From Patescibacteria group bacterium (GTDB taxonomy: Bacteria; Patescibacteriota; Patescibacteriia; Magasanikbacterales; GWA2-37-8), in the NCBI GenBank assembly GCA_004321885.1, contig SCQK01000003.1:1-17975 (forward strand): a stretch of DNA of 17,975 nucleotides, in the 5' to 3' direction. The notes beneath the pieces were generated by a model. The model was given only the letters and a program-made list of their open reading frames with translations. It was not told where the DNA came from and did no database searches. Every line of letters starts with the position of its first letter. Position 1 is the first letter of the stretch. This document shows positions 1 to 7,993 of this stretch, one piece after another. The translations under genes and the position numbers were made by a program.

Positions 1-108
1 AAATCACCTTACGAATGGATGAGCTATTACAATTTTGAACGAATACACATGTCCTTAAACGGACTCACACCGCAACAATTTTATTTACAAAAGTGTAACC
101 CTTGACTG
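1..108 (+). mobile_element. 3' end of an rve-type DDE transposase gene (IS3 OrfB / IS481-like), 5' part cut off by the window start
   Basis: Frame 1 reads through from base 1 to a TGA at 106-108: KSPYEWMSYYNFERIHMSLNGLTPQQFYLQKCNP*. The YYNxERxHxxLxxxTPxxF motif is the conserved C-terminal signature of retroviral-integrase-type IS transposases. No IR could be defined in 109-195. Confidence 0.6.
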
Positions 109-195
109 TTAACTATACAGGGTAGTGGTGTGGATAAGGTGGGGACAAAATTGTTCAAAAAAGCCCTGCGACACAGGACTTTAATCAAATTGTTC

Positions 196-720
196 TTAAT
201 CTCTTTTCCTAAATTCCACTTCCTCTTTATGCTTAATAAGCCAATATTCCTCAAGTCTTGGATCGTTCAGTAATTCAGCAAATCTCCTCAAATCAGCTGG
301 TATTACGGTTGAATCATGGGTAGATAAATAATCTTTCAAAAATCTCCGCTCCTCCTCCAAACTCGTGAGAGCGCCAGCAGCGCTACCAATATTTGCGCTA
401 TAAAGATCGAGACCATGCCGAATGTCTTGCGATAATTTTCCATATAAGTCTCCCATCTCCTCCCAAACAGGCAATAAGTACTTTGCTATTTCTCTCGCCT
501 TTCTGCCCAAAGCCTCCGCTACTGGTTTATTTCTAATACTATGATTCATTTCTAAGTCCATTTCTGCCTCCATCTGATTTTTTGCGTCTACAACTTGGTC
601 GAACGTAAACTCCCACCAGGTACCTTTTTTTTCTGCCCCTTTTTCTTCCATCTGATCTTCTACAATTTTACGAGATTCTTCTAAAATATTCTCTTCGCGC
701 GGTGTATATTTCTCACCCAT
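196..720 (-). CDS. hypothetical acidic cytoplasmic protein, 174 aa, family not recognised
   Basis: ATG-initiated intact ORF with no TM or signal peptide. It abuts the IS remnant (stop 196-198). On the minus strand a TATAAT lies 5 nt upstream of the ATG, which suggests a near-leaderless transcript. A C9 tract and repeat C1 sit in the upstream region. Confidence 0.5.
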   Translation of the reverse strand: MGEKYTPREENILEESRKIVEDQMEEKGAEKKGTWWEFTFDQVVDAKNQMEAEMDLEMNHSIRNKPVAEALGRKAREIAKYLLPVWEEMGDLYGKLSQDIRHGLDLYSANIGSAAGALTSLEEERRFLKDYLSTHDSTVIPADLRRFAELLNDPRLEEYWLIKHKEEVEFRKRD

Positions 721-768
721 ATTTTATTATAAATTATTTAAATCCGCCTATAGTCTACCCCCCCCCAG

Positions 769-805
769 CGGCTTTTGGCAAGTGGAGTTATGCACAGGCC
801 ACCAC
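769..805. repeat. repeat family C copy 1 (CGGCTTTTGGCAAG-N4-AGTTATGCACA)
   Basis: About 28 of 31 nt identical to 9398-9427. Both copies are flanked by C-rich runs. Confidence 0.6.
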
Positions 806-863
806 CAATATCAATCACGAATCTCGCGAATCTAATTTGTGTGATTCGTGTTCGCGATTAGTG

Positions 864-900
864 GTTCAAAAACAAAAATCAGTCGCCCTAGGCGACCGAT
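864..900 (-). terminator. intrinsic terminator downstream of the AAA ATPase gene
   Basis: Minus strand shows hairpin ATCGGTCGCC-TAG-GGCGACTGAT (10-bp stem, one mismatch) at 878-900, followed by TTTTGTTTTTG (plus 866-877). It lies 18-54 nt past the stop at 918. Confidence 0.65.
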
Positions 901-917
901 TTAACAACATTAAACGG

Positions 918-2051
918 CTAAATATACTCTGTCATTTTCGTAAGAAAAGAATTTATGGGCACTATGGTATTCTTGCCGTCATGCATCAATCTGTCGCTTC
1001 CATAAAGCATGAGAGTTTTAGCCATCGGATAATCAGCCAAAAATAAACTGAGCGAACGCAAATGCTTGGATTGAATATTTTTTGTCCTTTTTACTTCTAT
1101 GGCCACAATGCCGCGCTTGCCGTATAAAACAAAATCCACCTCGGCTTGATCGGCAGTACGCCAATAAAACAACTTATACCCAAGATTAAAATAAGCGTTC
1201 ACGGCCATTATTTCTTGAAAAATCAGTGTTTCCAAGGCGCTGCCATCAATTTCTTCCGGCGCATCAAGCGGCCCGGACGGTCGGATGCCCCGATATACGC
1301 CAACGTCGAAAAAATAAAATTTGGGATGAGCGACGACCCGTCTCTTGGCCTTTTTTGTAAATACAGGCACGCGATGAGCTAATAATAAATCCTCCAGAAT
1401 AGTAAAATATCCCTCAACGGTTTTGCGATTCGCAGAGCACTCCCTGGCCACATCGGAAATGTTAAGAACCTGACCCTGCGAAAAACTGGCTGTTTCCAAA
1501 AAACGAGAAAACGCTCCCAAATTTCGCGTCAGACCTTCCTGTTGGACTTCTTCTTTTAGGTATGTGGCAATATATGAAGATAAATAATTAGAAGGATCGT
1601 TTTCATTATACACTTTTGGCATCTGCCCGTACCGCAAGGCGCGGCCGATATCAAAATCTTTTTGCAACTCAACCGCCGTTAGCGGAAACATTTTATAGGT
1701 AAGAGCGCGACCGGCGAGCAAATCGGCGTGATTACGCTTTAAGCCTCGCGCGCTGGAGCCGGTGAGAATAAACTGGATTTTTTTTGATTCAATCAGGCGA
1801 TGGACCTCATGAAGCAAGGCCGGCACGCGTTGTACTTCATCAATAATAACGCAATTTTTTTTGTCCCTTGGGGTATACGCTTCCAATCTCTGCGGATTTG
1901 CCAGTAAAGATTGATACAGCTCAAACTCCAGCAAATCCAAATAAATGGCGCTTGGATATTTCGCTTTTAGCCAGGTAGTTTTTCCTACGCCCCTGGGGCC
2001 GAAAAGAAAAAAACTATGCTCTTTGGGTGGATTTAGTAATCTGGTATACAT
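918..2051 (-). CDS. AAA+ ATPase of the AAA_14/DUF4143 (COG1373-like) family
   Basis: Walker A FGPRGVGKTT lies near the N-terminus. A Walker B-like VIIDEVQ follows, then a long C-terminal DUF4143-like region. The length (377 aa) is typical of this family. Confidence 0.75.
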   Translation of the reverse strand: MYTRLLNPPKEHSFFLFGPRGVGKTTWLKAKYPSAIYLDLLEFELYQSLLANPQRLEAYTPRDKKNCVIIDEVQRVPALLHEVHRLIESKKIQFILTGSSARGLKRNHADLLAGRALTYKMFPLTAVELQKDFDIGRALRYGQMPKVYNENDPSNYLSSYIATYLKEEVQQEGLTRNLGAFSRFLETASFSQGQVLNISDVARECSANRKTVEGYFTILEDLLLAHRVPVFTKKAKRRVVAHPKFYFFDVGVYRGIRPSGPLDAPEEIDGSALETLIFQEIMAVNAYFNLGYKLFYWRTADQAEVDFVLYGKRGIVAIEVKRTKNIQSKHLRSLSLFLADYPMAKTLMLYGSDRLMHDGKNTIVPINSFLTKMTEYI

Positions 2052-2100
2052 AATTCCATTTTACACCTATTTTTGGACTTGTCAAGTCCAAAACAACAAA
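2052..2100 (-). promoter_or_regulatory. promoter plus 23-bp palindromic operator-like site for the AAA ATPase gene, near-leaderless
   Basis: Minus strand reads TTGACA-N16-TAAAAT-GGAATT-ATG. The -35 lies inside the near-perfect 23-bp palindrome TTTTGGACTTG-t-CAAGTCCAAAA (2071-2093). The -10 sits only 6 nt before the ATG, so there is no SD. Confidence 0.5.
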
Positions 2101-2374
2101 ACCGCCGGATTTCTCCGGCGGGTAAGTTGGGTTATGGCATAGGATTTATCACTTAGTTCGATTCTGACGCGCGGGGCCTTCATGCTTTAATTTTGCGGGA
2201 AATCTGTATTTTATTCCCTTGTCAATTATGATAGTTATTTGGGCCTCCGGAGCAGATTCTTCGCCGCGTACGCCATAATAAATAACCCTCGTTACGTCTT
2301 TCTCTCTCGTTGTATCAGGTGCAAAATTGGTGCATGTGTGTCTAAATCCCAATTCACGCATCGCCCTGCTAAAT

Positions 2375-2505
2375 GGGTCTGTCGCCAAATCACCGCATCT
2401 GTCATTCCTGCGCAAGCAGGAATCCAAAACAACAGCCTTTTAAGCCAAAATATGGATTCCTGCTTTCGCAGGAATGACAACTTTAACCATTTGGCGACAG
2501 ACCCC
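2375..2505. repeat. composite palindromic element: outer 16-bp IR GGGTCTGTCGCCAAAT enclosing two inverted family-A hairpins
   Basis: Outer IR sits at 2375-2390 and 2490-2505. Inner hairpins are TGTCATTCCTGCGCAAGCAGGAATC (2400-2424) and GGATTCCTGCTTTCGCAGGAATGACA (2454-2479). Listed ORFs 2149-2427, 2239-2589 and 2292-2600 are mirror translations of this palindrome (MDSC.RRND...ATDP on both strands). Confidence 0.8.
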
Positions 2506-2520
2506 AAGGGGAGGAAAACC

Positions 2521-2553
2521 GACAAAACAAAAATCGCCTCTGATGAGACGATT
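2521..2553 (-). terminator. intrinsic terminator for the 4593-2575 operon; a conserved module shared with 9478-9512
   Basis: Minus strand shows AATCGTCTC-ATCA-GAGGCGATT followed by TTTGTTTTGTC. The same AAACAAAAATCGCCTC..GACGA module recurs at 9478-9512, also preceded by GGGGAGGAAAACC. Confidence 0.55.
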
Positions 2554-2574
2554 CTCTGGTATCTAAATTGTAAA

Positions 2575-3606
2575 TTATTCACGGTATAATTTTCGGACAT
2601 CCACCAGTTCAGGATGCTGGCTTAATATGGTTATCGCGTCACTCATGGTTTTTCCCGAATGAAGCGCGATAATAATTCCTTCGGCGTCAGTCAGAGCCAC
2701 CAGCGATGATTTACCGCTCAATACATTCTCCGTCTCCAAGCCAAACAATTTAATCATCGCTGAATTATTTTTATCATTGGCCAGAAACCAGCCGCCCAAC
2801 TTTTCTATATGCTCGAATAAAAAATCATGCGCCGAATCCGGCTCGGGGTAGCGACAGCCGACCTCTAAAATACAAGCATATTTATTTTCATACGGCTCAT
2901 CAATGCCGACATCATCGTATTTTCTTTTTTGGAGAGCAAAGATATAAAACTTTTTATTTTTAGGAATTTTAGTAACGGAAAATTTGTCCAACTCATTTGA
3001 TTTAATAGAATCACCAGGCTTCAAAGGCGCTGTTCCCCCCACTTTAAGAATTCCGAATTTATTTATCCCATTAAGAAAATTAAAATTTGCCAAATTTGGA
3101 TAGAACCTCAAAATAAATAATACGTCCTTCAATCCCCTGTTTGGAAACATACCGGCAATTCTGCCTTCGTGATTTCCAACAATAACAAGTGATTTAATAT
3201 GCTTATTTTCGGGAAGATCAAGACCAAAAAATTCTTCGTCCGTTGCTTGATATGTATCCTCCACTTGCAGCCAGCCACCCATAGTTTGTATCAAAGCGCC
3301 GTCAACGCCGCAATCTTCGTTTATGCACCAGGTGCCCGGTTCTGCCACGCTCACATAAAATTTTTGCCCAGCGGGTATCTTTAGGTGGGGAGCAAAAGTG
3401 GTATCGCCAGGCCCGCCCGGCATTTTGCTTCCAATTGTTAACGAGTCAATCTTTGACGGATTTTCCCACGAGCGATTAATTTTTCGCACGCTGCCTTCCG
3501 GTAATTGGGTGTATGGTTGAATAACAGAGAAAATTACAATAAAAGCAAGGAAAATAATAACTAGGCCGAGAACAACCCATTTAGATTTACTAAAGCCACC
3601 CATCAT
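2575..3606 (-). CDS. hypothetical N-terminally membrane-anchored extracytoplasmic protein, 343 aa
   Basis: An N-terminal hydrophobic segment (WVVLGLVIIFLAFIVIFSVI) follows a short basic stretch. The start lies 3 nt after the upstream gene's stop, so the two are probably translationally coupled. No confident family was identified. An isolated GNHE tetrapeptide is not enough to call a metallophosphatase. Confidence 0.55.
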   Translation of the reverse strand: MMGGFSKSKWVVLGLVIIFLAFIVIFSVIQPYTQLPEGSVRKINRSWENPSKIDSLTIGSKMPGGPGDTTFAPHLKIPAGQKFYVSVAEPGTWCINEDCGVDGALIQTMGGWLQVEDTYQATDEEFFGLDLPENKHIKSLVIVGNHEGRIAGMFPNRGLKDVLFILRFYPNLANFNFLNGINKFGILKVGGTAPLKPGDSIKSNELDKFSVTKIPKNKKFYIFALQKRKYDDVGIDEPYENKYACILEVGCRYPEPDSAHDFLFEHIEKLGGWFLANDKNNSAMIKLFGLETENVLSGKSSLVALTDAEGIIIALHSGKTMSDAITILSQHPELVDVRKLYRE

Positions 3607-3609
3607 ATT

Positions 3610-4593
3610 TCAAAGAACAACTTCTAAAAAACCAATGCTTTCACCGTCGCCTTTTCTGGATTTCATCAATATCTGACACAACTCATCCCAGCGCTCAATT
3701 TCTGTTAAAGTAACGCAACCGAGCGAAAAGCTGCCGGGATGAACATAACGATCGTCGCTTTTATGGGTGGTCTTGAACCAGACCATTGCGAGGTCGGCTC
3801 TATCAAGATAATATCGGCCTCCATCATGAGAATGGTCAGGAATTTTAATGTCATAAAGTTTTCTTTGCCAAGGGTCTGGGTCATCTTTGTAGTCCTGCGT
3901 TTCGTAAGTTTTATTTCCAAACTTTAATAAATTTTTGGATCTGTAATAAATTAGATGAACCGGGCCGGTTTGGTGATTTGTCGATTCCAAATATGAAACA
4001 CCGCCCGATTCTAACTTTACGGAAGCTTTCTCATCACGCCAGGGGTCTTCTAAAATTGTAAAATACTGACGCTTTAAATCTTGCTTGTCTAATTTAACTT
4101 TGAGATATGCAGGCAAGGCAATCTCCATATTTTTATTTTCTAATTTCACGATAGTCCATCCGCCTTTTCCTTTTTCAAAAGAGACATATAAAAAGGCGTC
4201 GGACACTACGGCTTCCAGTGTTATTTCAAAAACAGCGGCTTTTGTTCCCCAGGACTTACCCGATGTTGAATGGGTTTCTTTAATCGGGACCTTGAAAGTA
4301 AGCTGTTTAAATTTTTTTGAGGTATTAATTTCTACATCGCTTTGGACACTGCCGACGTCGTTAAATAAAATGTCTTTTTCAATAACGGTAATTACGGCCT
4401 CGGCTTTAAATATCTGTTGATCAGTTTCAAATTTTCCCACTTCGCTGTCAATTTTAGCCGTTGCGCCGGCTTTGATTTTTTTATCCACGCGTAAAAACTT
4501 TCCCAGTATTTCAATTTCCACGCGAATATCATCACCAATGGAATCGCCGCTGTATTTTATTTTTGAAAGTTTTAATTGAACGGATTTAAGCAT
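3610..4593 (-). CDS. hypothetical protein, 327 aa; the C-terminus weakly resembles the L,D-transpeptidase (YkuD-like) His/Cys catalytic motif
   Basis: ATG-initiated ORF with no signal peptide. The C-terminal segment TTHKSDDRYVHPGSFSLGCVTL has His-x16-Cys spacing like hGT...SxGC(I/V)R in L,D-transpeptidase folds. This rests on motif resemblance alone. Confidence 0.5.
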   Translation of the reverse strand: MLKSVQLKLSKIKYSGDSIGDDIRVEIEILGKFLRVDKKIKAGATAKIDSEVGKFETDQQIFKAEAVITVIEKDILFNDVGSVQSDVEINTSKKFKQLTFKVPIKETHSTSGKSWGTKAAVFEITLEAVVSDAFLYVSFEKGKGGWTIVKLENKNMEIALPAYLKVKLDKQDLKRQYFTILEDPWRDEKASVKLESGGVSYLESTNHQTGPVHLIYYRSKNLLKFGNKTYETQDYKDDPDPWQRKLYDIKIPDHSHDGGRYYLDRADLAMVWFKTTHKSDDRYVHPGSFSLGCVTLTEIERWDELCQILMKSRKGDGESIGFLEVVL

Positions 4594-4605
4594 AAATTTA
4601 GTTTG

Positions 4606-4857
4606 TTAGCTTAATCGTTTTCTGTCTTCCGACTTTTTTAAATAATTTTTCTTGGAAACAATGCTTTTTCCAAGACGTTTTTCCAATTGTTTTCTCGCGC
4701 CACCGGCGATGTCGCTTCCGGCTTTGGCATCGTTTTTAAGCTTGGGCAGTCCTTGCGAATTTTCATTGCGGTGAATTTCCGTGGTAGCGCGCTCACCGAG
4801 CATGGTAAAAATTAACTCAAAATCATCCATGTGGTCGCGCAGATTTTCCCGCTGCAA
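4606..4857 (-). pseudogene. C-terminal remnant of a DinD/RhuM-like protein (DNA-damage-inducible protein D family), N-terminal Bro-N part missing
   Basis: The translation has DHMDDFELIFTMLGERATTEIHRNENSQG...SDIAGGARKQLEKRLGKSIVSKKNYL. The motif G(G)xxAR+xLExxxGKxVVSxxNYL is characteristic of the DinD C-terminus. The 'start' is a TTG at 4855-4857 directly abutting the 78-bp palindrome. Only about 80 of the roughly 270 aa are present. Confidence 0.5.
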
Positions 4858-4866
4858 ACCTTTTAC

Positions 4867-4944
4867 GGGTCTGTCGCCGAATTACTATTTCTGTCATTCC
4901 TGCGCAAGCAGGAATGACAGAAATAGTAATTCGGCGACAGACCC
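4867..4944. repeat. 78-bp perfect palindrome, family A with GGGTCTGTCGCCGAAT terminal inverted repeats
   Basis: GGGTCTGTCGCCGAATTACTATTTCTGTCATTCCTGCG|CAAGCAGGAATGACAGAAATAGTAATTCGGCGACAGACCC. The two halves are exact reverse complements. It lies between the DHS stop (4970) and the DinD remnant. Confidence 0.9.
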
Positions 4945-4969
4945 CAGTATCAATCCACAGCCCAAAAAA

Positions 4970-5992
4970 CTACCCTAAAAAAGAGGCGAAATTGCGCGGT
5001 CCGCGGTTCTTCCAATTGCCTTTGTGATAAACGTAGCTGACGATAAGCGGGAGGACGGTCGTGGCCTCGGCAAACACCATCTGATCGTTATTGCTTTTGG
5101 CGTCAACCTTGCCCCAAGAGCTGGCTTCTTTAAGGGTGGAGCTGGAGCAGGCGCCGTCACGCGCGTCGGCCACGGTAATTTGCACCGCGTATTTATGCAT
5201 GGGCACTTCCTGACCCAGCACCTCGGCGCAAACCACTGTGTCCTGGGTGAAATTTTTGGGCACGCCGCCGCCGACCATAAACACGCCGGTATCTCCGGCT
5301 TTTATTTTTATTTTCGTCAATTCGTAAAAGTCCTTTACCGAATCAATGGACATGTGCTTGTCCGGATTGTTCACCTGATGAAGCACCAAACCAAAACCGG
5401 CGCTGGAATCGGAAAAAGCCGGACAGAAAATCGGCACGTCGTGCTCGTAAGCCGCTTGCACCAACGAATCCTTTTTCTTGCCGTGTGTGACTAAATACTT
5501 ACCCATCTCGCGGATGAATTCGCGCGAAGAATACGGACGCGATTCCAGTCCGTCGGCGATGGCGAGAATTGTTTTGTCGCAAACCTGCAATGATTCTTCA
5601 TCAATAAAAGTGTCGTAAATTCTGTCTATGTACAACCCGCGCAAAATGCTGTCGTCTATTTCCTGCGAACCGCGGTAATGCTTAAATCCAAGGGCCTCAA
5701 AAAAGTCCATGTCCACGATGCTGGCGCCGGTGGCCACGATGGCGTCCACCATTTTGTTTTTCACCATGTCAACATAAATCTGCATGCACCCGGCCGCGCT
5801 GGTGGAGCCGGCCAGAGTGAGGATAACGCTGGCGCCTTTGTCGGCCAGCATCTTGTCGTAAATCTCGGCGGCCCGCGCCGTGTCGCGCGCGCTAAACGAC
5901 ATCTGCGCCATCTGTTCTATCACCGGCCGCGCGTCAAAACTCTTGATGTTAAAATGTTTTATCTCCTCCTTTAACAAATCTTGTTTTTGCAT
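4970..5992 (-). CDS. deoxyhypusine synthase family protein (DHS / homospermidine-synthase-like)
   Basis: Colinear matches to DHS motifs: VPIFCPAFSDSSAGFG (cf. IPVFSPALTDGSLGDM), MVGGGVPKNF (cf. ILGGGVVKHH), DARDGACSSS..SWGKV (cf. DGSDSGARPDEAVSWGKI), VFAEATTVLPLIVSYVY. Confidence 0.85.
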   Translation of the reverse strand: MQKQDLLKEEIKHFNIKSFDARPVIEQMAQMSFSARDTARAAEIYDKMLADKGASVILTLAGSTSAAGCMQIYVDMVKNKMVDAIVATGASIVDMDFFEALGFKHYRGSQEIDDSILRGLYIDRIYDTFIDEESLQVCDKTILAIADGLESRPYSSREFIREMGKYLVTHGKKKDSLVQAAYEHDVPIFCPAFSDSSAGFGLVLHQVNNPDKHMSIDSVKDFYELTKIKIKAGDTGVFMVGGGVPKNFTQDTVVCAEVLGQEVPMHKYAVQITVADARDGACSSSTLKEASSWGKVDAKSNNDQMVFAEATTVLPLIVSYVYHKGNWKNRGPRNFASFLG

Positions 5993-6126
5993 AAAAAATA
6001 AGTTATATTGGCTATGCCATATATGCTCATTCGCTCGGAAACAAACGAGCTTGCGCTCACTTGTTTCTCTCGCTCATTTCGTATATAATTGCCATAATTG
6101 TAGCAACATAAGCTTTTTTTTGCAAT
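5993..6126. promoter_or_regulatory. divergent promoter region between DHS and the aguB-aguA-apt-mtnP operon
   Basis: TATAAT at 6085-6090 lies about 36 nt before the amidase ATG. Direct repeats GCTCATTCGCTC (6025) and CGCTCATTTCG (6071). An imperfect IR GAAACAAACGAGC/GCTCACTTGTTTC is centred near 6052. A T8 tract sits at 6113-6120. Confidence 0.4.
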
Positions 6127-6990
6127 ATGTCCCACATAAAGAAAATCGTTACGCTCGGCCTCATCCAAATGCAATGCGACGACGACCCGAAAAAAAACTT
6201 AGCCACAGCCATAAAAAAAATACAAGCATGCGCCAAAAAAGGCGCGCAAATTATTGTTTTGCCCGAGCTATTTTTGTCCAAATATTTTTGCCAAGAGAAA
6301 AATGAAAAAAATTTCGCCTTAGCCGAAACCATCCCAGGCGCGGCCACCGAAATTTTAGGCCAACTGGCTAAAGAAAACAGACTCGTAATTATTTGCTCGC
6401 TTTTTGAAAAAAAGGCGAACAAATATTTTAATACCATTGCCGTCATTGGCACCGACGGCCGCGTACTGGGCGCTTACCGCAAAATGCACATCCCATCGCT
6501 TCCGCCCGACCTCTACGCCGAAGATTATTATTTTGAAAAAGGAGATAAATTCAAGGTATTTGACACGGCTTACGGCAAAATCGGCACACTCATCTGCTAC
6601 GACCAATGGTTCCCGGAGGCCGCCCGCTACTGTGCGGCTTTGGGTGCGCAAATTTTAGTTTATCCCACGGCTATCGGCTGGCCGCTTCATGACCCGCAAT
6701 GGAAAAAAAACGCGGAACACGAGGCCTGGCAAATTACCCAGCGCAGTCACGGCATAGACAGCAATGTGTTTGTGGCGGCGGTCAATCGTGTTGGCTTGGA
6801 AAAAAATATGAAATTTTGGGGCGCGTCCTTTGCCAGCGATTGTTACGGCCGCGTCATCGCCAAAGCCTCCAGTAATAAAGAAGAAAATATAATTGTTAAA
6901 TGCGATTTAGGACTAATTGAACTTATGCGCGAGGAATGGCCCATGCTAAGCGAGCGCAGAATAAAAGTAGAGAACCAAAAAATATTATGA
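6127..6990 (+). CDS. aguB: N-carbamoylputrescine amidase (carbon-nitrogen hydrolase family)
   Basis: Nitrilase-superfamily catalytic triad in context: LPELF (Glu), RKMHIP (Lys), LICYDQWFPE (Cys). It is 287 aa, sits immediately upstream of agmatine deiminase, and overlaps it by ATGA. Confidence 0.8.
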   Translation: MSHIKKIVTLGLIQMQCDDDPKKNLATAIKKIQACAKKGAQIIVLPELFLSKYFCQEKNEKNFALAETIPGAATEILGQLAKENRLVIICSLFEKKANKYFNTIAVIGTDGRVLGAYRKMHIPSLPPDLYAEDYYFEKGDKFKVFDTAYGKIGTLICYDQWFPEAARYCAALGAQILVYPTAIGWPLHDPQWKKNAEHEAWQITQRSHGIDSNVFVAAVNRVGLEKNMKFWGASFASDCYGRVIAKASSNKEENIIVKCDLGLIELMREEWPMLSERRIKVENQKIL

Positions 6991-7988
6991 AATACCGCCT
7001 GCCCGCAGAATGGGAGCCGCATGAAGCCACCTGGCTGGCCTGGCCGCACTACGAAAAACACTGGCCCGGCAAATTTGAGCCGATTCCATTCGTGTATGAA
7101 AAAATCGCGCATGCCTTGGCGCAAAACGAAAAGGTAAATATTTTAGTAAATGATGAAGCCATGGAAAATGGCGCTAAAAAAATTCTGGGGAACAACTTAA
7201 ATAATATCTATTTTTACCGCGTGCCAACCAACTCTTCCTGGACCAGAGATTACGGCCCCATTTATGTAAAGGATGAAAACGGAAATTTACTGGCCGAGGA
7301 TTGGATTTTTAACGCCTGGGGTGGGCAATGGGAATATAATTTAGACGATGTGGTGCCGCAAAAAATCGCCGGCCTGCAAAAAATCCCTCTCATTTCCACG
7401 AAATTGGTTTTGGAGGGAGGGTCAATAGACGTAAACGGCAAGGGTTCGCTTCTCACTACTCGCCAATGCCTGCTCAATAAAAACCGCAACGGCAATCTCA
7501 CGCAAAAACAAATTGAAAAGAGCTTGGCTGAATTTCTTGGAACCGCCAATATTTTATGGCTGAACGAGGCAGTAACCGGCGACGACACGAGCGGCCACAT
7601 TGATGAACTGGCCAGATTTACAGACGCGAATACTATTGTCTGCTCGCTGGAGGAAAATCCAGCTGATGTGAACTACGGGGGGCTGAAAAAAAATTACGAG
7701 GATTTGCTCGCCATGCGCGATGAGAAAGAAAAAAAATTCAATGTTGTTCCCCTGCCCATGCCTGATCCGGTGATTTACCAAGGGCAGAGATTGCCGGCCA
7801 GCTATTGTAATTTCTACATCGCCAATTCCGTCGTGCTGGTGCCTGTTTTTAACTGCCCCAAGGATAAAATCGCGCTTGAAACTTTACAAAAACTCTTTCC
7901 CGACCGCCGCGTCATGGGCATTGACTGCGTTGACCTGGTCTGGGGCCTGGGCACGATTCATTGTTCAACTCAACAACAGCCTAAATAA
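6987..7988 (+). CDS. aguA: agmatine deiminase (porphyranase-type peptidyl-arginine deiminase fold)
   Basis: MKYRLPAEWEPHEATWLAWPH N-terminus and C-terminal catalytic GTIHCSTQQQP. The start is moved to the ATG at 6987, overlapping the amidase TGA stop (ATGA). The listed ORF start at 6936 adds a 17-aa extension inside the upstream gene. Confidence 0.85.
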   Translation: MKYRLPAEWEPHEATWLAWPHYEKHWPGKFEPIPFVYEKIAHALAQNEKVNILVNDEAMENGAKKILGNNLNNIYFYRVPTNSSWTRDYGPIYVKDENGNLLAEDWIFNAWGGQWEYNLDDVVPQKIAGLQKIPLISTKLVLEGGSIDVNGKGSLLTTRQCLLNKNRNGNLTQKQIEKSLAEFLGTANILWLNEAVTGDDTSGHIDELARFTDANTIVCSLEENPADVNYGGLKKNYEDLLAMRDEKEKKFNVVPLPMPDPVIYQGQRLPASYCNFYIANSVVLVPVFNCPKDKIALETLQKLFPDRRVMGIDCVDLVWGLGTIHCSTQQQPK

Positions 7989-7993
7989 ATTAT

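Noticed and set aside
775-800. Possible sigma-54 promoter (TGGCA...GCA) inside repeat family C
   Set aside because: The GG-to-GC spacing is 13 nt in both copies, against 10 nt required for the -24/-12 consensus.
2535-2545. CTGATGAG, the hammerhead ribozyme core sequence
   Set aside because: No GAAA or stem II/III arrangement follows it. The second copy of the module (9495) has CGGAAAAG instead, so the motif is not conserved. The segment is better explained as a terminator hairpin on the opposite strand.
2149-2600. Three overlapping listed ORFs (2149-2427 minus, 2239-2589 plus, 2292-2600 minus) beginning MDSC.RRND...ATDP on both strands
   Set aside because: These are mirror-image translations of the 131-bp palindromic repeat; identical peptides on both strands is the signature. 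Residues 2149-2330 could still hide a short gene remnant (…TRVIYYGVRGEESAPEAQITIIIDKGIKY…), but nothing supports it beyond being open.
3000-3200. GNHE tetrapeptide (metallophosphatase motif III) in the 343-aa membrane-anchored protein
   Set aside because: None of the other calcineurin-like motifs (GDxHG, GDxxDRG, GH) are present in the right order.
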